This document shows positions 59,197-64,000 of a DNA stretch of 64,000 nt, one piece after another (the first letter of the stretch is position 1; every line of letters starts with the position of its first letter). This DNA is from a bacterium HR35. Its GTDB lineage: Bacteria; Patescibacteriota; Minisyncoccia; UBA6257; HR35. The notes under the pieces were generated by a model that was not told where the DNA came from, searched no databases, and worked only from the letters and a program-made list of their open reading frames with translations. The stretch lies in NCBI GenBank assembly GCA_002898235.1, contig BEIL01000001.1, positions 16,034 through 80,033 of the forward strand, given 5' to 3'. A program made the position numbers and the translations under genes.

Positions 59197-60190
59197 TGGT
59201 TCTTAAATCGGCTGAATGAAGAAGACGAATATCGTTAATCTCGTATTTTAGCATAATCAATCTCTCCAAGCCGGTACCAAAAGCATAACCTTGGAACTTA
59301 TTGGGGTCTATTTTGGCTTGTTTTAGAACAAAAGGATGAATCATTCCTGCTCCAGCTACTTCTAACCAGCCAGAAAATTTACAAACCAAACAACCTTTAC
59401 CCTGACAAAGGAGACAGCTTAAATCAACCTCAACGCTTGGTTCAGTGAAAGGAAAATAGCTTGGTCGAAAACGAATTTCTAAGTTCTTCTCAAAGTATCT
59501 TTTAAAAAATTCTTTAAAAATAAATCTTAAATGAGAAAAATTTGAATTTTCACTTACAGAAATTCCTTCAATCTGATAAAACTCAAAATCATGACGAGCA
59601 TCAGTAGCTTCAAATCTAAAAACTTTTCCTGGAACAATTCCTCTAACTGGTGGTTTAAATTTTAAAAGAAAAGGTACTTGAAAAGCGCTAGTATGAGTTC
59701 TTAAGAGATATTTGTTTGGTTTTTTTAACCAGATAGTATCCCACATATCTCTGGCAGGATGATAGGGAGGCATATTTAAGGAATCAAAGTTTTCATATTC
59801 AGAAACTAAATAATTAGAATCAATTACATAAAAACCTAAATCGCGAAAAATATCGATAATTCTTTTTAAATTAGTTTGAATTAAAGGTAAAGAAGGGAAA
59901 GAGAATTTACTGCCCGGATGGTCAAAATCAAATAAAACCTCTATTTTTTGAGATAACTCTTCTTTTTTATTTTGATAAAGAGTTTCAAGTTCAGTTTTTA
60001 TTTGATTATAAAATGAACCAATCCTTACTTTTTCTTCTGGAGAGAGGTTTTTAAATTGCTTAGGAAAATTAGCTAAAAAACTTTTTCTTCCCAAAAAATT
60101 AACTCGCCACTTTTCTAAATCATCCAAATTTTTTACTGAATTTAATTCTTTAAGAGCTGATTTTTTAATTTTCTCCAATTCTTCAATCAT
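59186..60190 (-). CDS. pheS: phenylalanine--tRNA ligase alpha subunit
   Basis: Class II motifs, including ...FRPSYFPFTEPS... and GAGMIHP. Confidence 0.9.
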   Translation of the reverse strand: MIEELEKIKKSALKELNSVKNLDDLEKWRVNFLGRKSFLANFPKQFKNLSPEEKVRIGSFYNQIKTELETLYQNKKEELSQKIEVLFDFDHPGSKFSFPSLPLIQTNLKRIIDIFRDLGFYVIDSNYLVSEYENFDSLNMPPYHPARDMWDTIWLKKPNKYLLRTHTSAFQVPFLLKFKPPVRGIVPGKVFRFEATDARHDFEFYQIEGISVSENSNFSHLRFIFKEFFKRYFEKNLEIRFRPSYFPFTEPSVEVDLSCLLCQGKGCLVCKFSGWLEVAGAGMIHPFVLKQAKIDPNKFQGYAFGTGLERLIMLKYEINDIRLLHSADLRTNEI

Positions 60191-60780
60191 TATTTCCTTT
60201 GTTCTAAAGCTGATTTTAATGTTTCTGGATCAGTAAATTCAATTTCTCCTCCAGCCGGTATTCCTTTGGCTAATTTTGTTATTTTAATTTTACTATATTT
60301 TTTTAAAATGTTTTCTAAAAATTTAATTGTTGGTTCAGCTTCCCTAGTAAAAGGTAAGCCAATTATAACTTCTTTAATTTTATTTTCCTTAAGTCTTGTT
60401 TCTAAAAATTTTATTCTTTCTTTAATTAAGGATTTTTCTTCAAAAGGTAAGATTAAACCACCCAAAATAAAATACTTACCTTTAAAAATTTTAGTAGTTT
60501 CTAAAGTTAAAACATCAGTTTCCCGAGCAACTATCATTAAAATTTCTTCGTTTCTTTTAGGATTAGAACAAATAGAGCATACTTCTTCTAAAGAGGGAAA
60601 GAAACAATATTTACAAAACTTAACACTTTCTATCAAAACTTTCAAACTTTCTAAAAATTCTTTCTTATTTTCCTCCGGTTGTTTAACTAACCAAAAAAAC
60701 AATCTTAAAGCTTGTCGAGGTCCAATTTCTGGAAACCGATTAAAAAAATTAATGATTTTTTTAAATAATGGTGGAAGCAT
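60190..60780 (-). CDS. recR: recombination protein RecR
   Basis: HhH FPEIGPRQALRL, C4 zinc finger CKYC...CSIC, Toprim region VIIGLPFTREAE. Confidence 0.75.
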   Translation of the reverse strand: MLPPLFKKIINFFNRFPEIGPRQALRLFFWLVKQPEENKKEFLESLKVLIESVKFCKYCFFPSLEEVCSICSNPKRNEEILMIVARETDVLTLETTKIFKGKYFILGGLILPFEEKSLIKERIKFLETRLKENKIKEVIIGLPFTREAEPTIKFLENILKKYSKIKITKLAKGIPAGGEIEFTDPETLKSALEQRK

Positions 60781-62132
60781 TAGTAAAATTCAATTTCTTG
60801 AAGAGATTCTTCAATCGAATAAAAACTGACAGTTTCAGGATCAAATAGAAGTTCGATTGCTCCTATAGGACCATTTCGATGTTTAGCAATAATTATTTGA
60901 ACTTGATTGGATGGTAAGGAAACTCCTGCTTCTTTTGGTCGATGAATAAACAAAACAACATCTGCATCTTGCTCTAAACTTCCGCTTTCTCTTAAATCAC
61001 TCAGTTTAGGGATTGAAGAAACTCTCTTTTCTGGTTCTCGAGAAAGTTGAGAGATAGCTAAAACCGGGATTTCTAACTCTCTAGCTAATTCTTTTAAGCT
61101 TTTTGAAATTTCTGTTACTTCCTGAACTCGACTTTCATAATTTCGACTACCTTTAACTAATTGAAGATAGTCAATAATTAAAAGTCCCAATTCTCCGATT
61201 TCGTGTTTTAATTTACGAGCCATTGTTCTTATTTGAATATTATTCAAACTAGGAGTATCATCAATAAATATAGGAGATTTTTTAAGCCTTTCAGCTGCTT
61301 CATAAATTAATGCCATTTCATCAACATCTCCTTCGCTCATCAACTTTCCTGTTCTCAATTTCCAAAGACTTACCCCTGCTTCAGCCGCTAAAAGTCTGTC
61401 AATAATTTGATCTTTAGACATTTCCAGGGAAAAAATACCAACAGGAATTTTTTCTCTCACAGCCACATAACGAGCAATTGACAAAGCCAAAGCTGTTTTT
61501 CCTTGAGAAGGTCTAGAAGCTAAAATTATTAAATCTGATTTTTGAAGACCTCCTAAATATTCATCAAGCTTTTCAAAACCCGTTGGAATACCCCTGATAA
61601 TTTTACCTGCTTGAAGGTCTTCAATTCTTTTTAAGTTTTCCTCAATTAAAGTATCAATTGAAGAAAATTCGTAGGGATAAACACGATCAGCTATTTTGAA
61701 AATATTTTTTTCTACTTCATCAATCAGTTTTTCAGCATCATATCCAGGATTTTGAATTAAATCCTTAATTCTCACTGAAAGTTCTAAAAGATCGAGTTTA
61801 GCTTTATTAGTTTTGATAATTTTGGCATAACTTAAAACATTGGTAATAGTTGGCGCTCGATGAATAAGATAAATCAATTTTTCTTGGCCACCAATTTTTT
61901 CTAATAAGCTCTTTTCTCGAAGAATATTTGATAAAGTAATAAGATCAATGCCTATTCTTTTTTCAAAGAGTTCATAAATATTTTCGTAAATTATTCTATT
62001 TTCGGGAAAATAAAAATCTTCTGGTTTTAGAAAATCAATAACTTTCAAAATAGCTTCATCATCAATGATTAAAGCCCCTAAAAGAGATTCTTCTATTTCT
62101 TTAATATTGGAATTAATAAATGTCTCTTCCAT
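60780..62132 (-). CDS. dnaB: replicative DNA helicase DnaB
   Basis: Walker A ASRPSQGKTALAL, Walker B LIIDYLQL, and the N-terminal DnaB domain. Confidence 0.9.
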   Translation of the reverse strand: MEETFINSNIKEIEESLLGALIIDDEAILKVIDFLKPEDFYFPENRIIYENIYELFEKRIGIDLITLSNILREKSLLEKIGGQEKLIYLIHRAPTITNVLSYAKIIKTNKAKLDLLELSVRIKDLIQNPGYDAEKLIDEVEKNIFKIADRVYPYEFSSIDTLIEENLKRIEDLQAGKIIRGIPTGFEKLDEYLGGLQKSDLIILASRPSQGKTALALSIARYVAVREKIPVGIFSLEMSKDQIIDRLLAAEAGVSLWKLRTGKLMSEGDVDEMALIYEAAERLKKSPIFIDDTPSLNNIQIRTMARKLKHEIGELGLLIIDYLQLVKGSRNYESRVQEVTEISKSLKELARELEIPVLAISQLSREPEKRVSSIPKLSDLRESGSLEQDADVVLFIHRPKEAGVSLPSNQVQIIIAKHRNGPIGAIELLFDPETVSFYSIEESLQEIEFY

Positions 62133-62239
62133 GTCTCAAAATAATTATAAATTGTCTTTGGTAAAGAAGTAAATAATAAAAAGTTGTTAATCAGTTGTGA
62201 AAAATTTTAAAATTGGTTAAAATTATTAAAAAGGATCAA

Positions 62240-62311
62240 GGCCCCGTCGTCTAACGGCTAGGACACCGCTCTTTCAAGGCGGAAATACGGGTTCGACTCC
62301 CGTCGGGGCCA
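62240..62311 (+). tRNA. tRNA-Glu (anticodon TTC)
   Basis: Acceptor GGCCCCG/CGGGGCC, anticodon stem CCGCT/GGCGG with loop CTTTCAA, T-arm ACGGGTTCGACTCCCGT. Confidence 0.8.
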
Positions 62312-62315
62312 AATA

Positions 62316-62389
62316 GGGCCCGTAGCTCAGTTGGCCAGAGCGCCGGTTTTGCACACCGGAGGTCAGGGGTTCGACTCCCCTCGGGTCCA
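62316..62389 (+). tRNA. tRNA-Ala (anticodon TGC)
   Basis: Acceptor GGGCCCG/CGGGTCC with the G3:U70 Ala identity pair, anticodon loop TTTGCAC, T-arm AGGGGTTCGACTCCCCT. Confidence 0.8.
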
Positions 62390-62400
62390 AAAACTTATCA

Positions 62401-62471
62401 GCCCCCATAGCTCAACGGAAGAGCGTGGCCCTGCGGAGGCCAAGATGGAGGTTCGATTCCTCCTGGGGGCA
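62401..62471 (+). tRNA. tRNA-Arg (anticodon read as GCG)
   Basis: Acceptor GCCCCCA/TGGGGGC, D-stem GCTC/GAGC, anticodon stem TGGCC/GGCCA with loop CTGCGGA, T-arm GGAGGTTCGATTCCTCC. Confidence 0.65.
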
Positions 62472-62475
62472 AAAA

Positions 62476-63300
62476 ATGAATCTTAAAGAATTAATTTATT
62501 TTTTAACTAAAAACCAAGCAATTCTCCACTATAATATTTCAACCTTGGAGCAGATAAAAGCAGGAATTTTAGCAGTTAAAGAAACTAAAATTCCTTTGAT
62601 TTTTGGTGTTTCTGAAGGTGAAAGAAATTATTTAGATCCTGCTTTGGTTAAAGATATAATTGATTTTTATAAAAAAGAGCTGCCAATATTTTTAAATGCT
62701 GACCATTCAAAAAGTTTAGAGACAGCTAAACAAGCAATCGATTTAAATTATGATGCAGTTTTATTTGATGGCAGTGAGCTTGATTTGACTGAAAATATAA
62801 AAATGACAAAAGAATTAATTAATTATCGAGGAGATAGAAATATTTTGATTGAAGGTGAGGTTGGTAAAATTGAAGGCAAATCAGAAATTCAAAAAGAAGT
62901 TGAAATTAAGAAAGAAAATTTAACTAAAGTTGAAGAAGCAGTAAAATTTGTTGAGGAAACAAAAGTTGATTTATTAGCAGTTTCCATTGGTAATATTCAT
63001 GGGATAACTGAACAAGAACCGGAACTTGATTTTGAAAGGGGTAGGGAAATAGCTCGAGCAGTAAAGATTCCTTTGGTTTTACATGGCGCTTCAGGATTAT
63101 CGTTAGAAAAAATAAAAAAATGTGTTGAAATTGGTTTTAAAATTATTCATTTTAATACTGAATTTCGAAAAATTTGGAAAGAAAAATTAACAGAAGAATT
63201 GAAAAAGGAAACTGTTACTCCTTATAAGATTTTGGAACCAGTTGTTGAAGAAATAAAAAAGAAAATTGTTTATTATCAATTTCAATTTTTTGAAAAATAA
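62476..63300 (+). CDS. class II fructose/tagatose-bisphosphate aldolase family protein
   Basis: NADHSKS (His-containing), PLVLHGASG, and IHFNTEF motifs. The start is taken at MNLKEL, downstream of tRNA-Arg, because the track ORF start at 62425 overlaps the tRNA. Confidence 0.65.
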   Translation: MNLKELIYFLTKNQAILHYNISTLEQIKAGILAVKETKIPLIFGVSEGERNYLDPALVKDIIDFYKKELPIFLNADHSKSLETAKQAIDLNYDAVLFDGSELDLTENIKMTKELINYRGDRNILIEGEVGKIEGKSEIQKEVEIKKENLTKVEEAVKFVEETKVDLLAVSIGNIHGITEQEPELDFERGREIARAVKIPLVLHGASGLSLEKIKKCVEIGFKIIHFNTEFRKIWKEKLTEELKKETVTPYKILEPVVEEIKKKIVYYQFQFFEK

Positions 63301-63339
63301 AATCAAAAGATTATTAATTAGGACTTAAAGTTTTATTAT

Positions 63340-64000
63340 TTAGTCAAACTTTCTTTTTATTATACCTCCACCTAAAACTAAATCATCTTTATAAAAGACA
63401 ATTGATTGGCCAGGGGCTATCATTTTTTGAGGTTCAAGAAATTCTACATACGCAGACTTAACTGAACTATTCTGTAAGTTTTGTTTTAGTTCTATAAATT
63501 CTGTATTATTTGTTAGAATAAGCTTTGCTTTGACTAGTGGTTGACGATAACGAAACCGAACATCAAAAATTTCTTCTTTTTCTAAAATTTCTTTTTCCAA
63601 AATATTAATTTCAGTAATTTCAATTCTTTTAGTATAAAGTACTGGTTCTCCTTCTTTAGCAACAACAATTAAATTCTCTTCTGGTATTTTTTTTACTACA
63701 TAATAAGGCCCTCCGCCAATTTTTATGTTTAATCCATGTCTTTGTCCTTCAGTAAAATAAAAATAACCAGGATGTTTGCCTAAAATATTCCCTTTAGTAT
63801 CAATAATCAAACCCTCTTTAGGTTTTAAATAGTTGTTTAAAAATTCTCTTAATTTAACTGGACCAACAAAACAAATTCCAGAACTTCCTTTTTTAAAAGC
63901 GTTAGGAAAATTATTTTCTGAAGCAATTTTTCTTACTTCCTCTTTGGTTAATTCTCCTATAGGAAAAATTATTTTTTCCAATTTATCTTTTTTAATTTTC
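63340..64000 (-). CDS. mnmA: tRNA-specific 2-thiouridylase MnmA (C-terminal part; N-terminus lies beyond the window end)
   Basis: Central and C-terminal MnmA domains, including ...GICFVGP... and PGQSIVFYKDDLVLGGGII. The ORF runs open to the window edge. Confidence 0.7.
   Translation of the reverse strand, partial: KIKKDKLEKIIFPIGELTKEEVRKIASENNFPNAFKKGSSGICFVGPVKLREFLNNYLKPKEGLIIDTKGNILGKHPGYFYFTEGQRHGLNIKIGGGPYYVVKKIPEENLIVVAKEGEPVLYTKRIEITEINILEKEILEKEEIFDVRFRYRQPLVKAKLILTNNTEFIELKQNLQNSSVKSAYVEFLEPQKMIAPGQSIVFYKDDLVLGGGIIKRKFD

Noticed and set aside
62425-62475. Upstream extension of the aldolase ORF (MALRRPRWRFDSSWGQK)
   Set aside because: Overlaps tRNA-Arg. The Met at 62476 follows the tRNA and gives a plausible N-terminus.

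Overview
This is an AT-rich (about 28-30% GC), gene-dense window with short intergenic spacers and overlapping starts and stops, typical of a reduced CPR/Patescibacteria-like genome. It has three parts. (1) Conserved backbone, all with family-defining motifs: a P-type ATPase and a MacAB-like efflux set (HlyD adaptor, ABC ATPase, FtsX permease); the F1Fo ATP synthase operon atpBEFHAGDC; type II NADH dehydrogenase, fpg (mutM), a truB-acylphosphatase fusion, split transketolase, RumA-like methyltransferase, nth, pheST, recR, dnaB, a class II aldolase and a partial mnmA; five tRNAs (Val, Met, Glu, Ala, Arg). (2) A roughly 12 kb defence/accessory island (17.9-29.7 kb) on the 3' side of tRNA-Val. 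It holds a Type III R-M system (Mod at 17881-20322, Res at 23177-26044) interrupted by two uncharacterised genes, one of them PD-(D/E)xK-like. An AbiL/RloAB-like two-gene cassette (P-loop ATPase plus Toprim-like small protein) sits between them, flanked by a roughly 90 bp duplication of the res 5' end. (3) An 11 kb cell-surface island (40.3-51.3 kb) inserted between the N- and C-terminal transketolase subunit genes. It encodes a mucin-like secreted protein, an Avd/IVS-family four-helix-bundle protein translationally coupled to a 1154 aa BNR-propeller surface protein, a paralog of that protein's C-terminal domain, a dockerin-bearing protein and two membrane-anchored cohesin-like proteins. Also in the window are a 2003 aa secreted glycoside-hydrolase-like giant with a near-identical 520 bp internal PKD-module duplication, and a secreted protein with about 11 tandem Cys-motif repeats. 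Unusual sequence-level signals: short, relatively GC-rich, in-frame repeat insertions sharing ACGCAGAC / CACGGAC / GTCCG motifs inside ndh, the transketolase C subunit and a surface protein; the same motif family in a 220 bp GC-rich intergenic element that replaces the signal-peptide region of one cohesin gene; a roughly 700 bp compositional (GC3) island inside one surface-protein gene; and TAG-rich 35-50 bp repeats at cassette boundaries across the surface island. No CRISPR array, rRNA, integrase or reverse transcriptase was seen.
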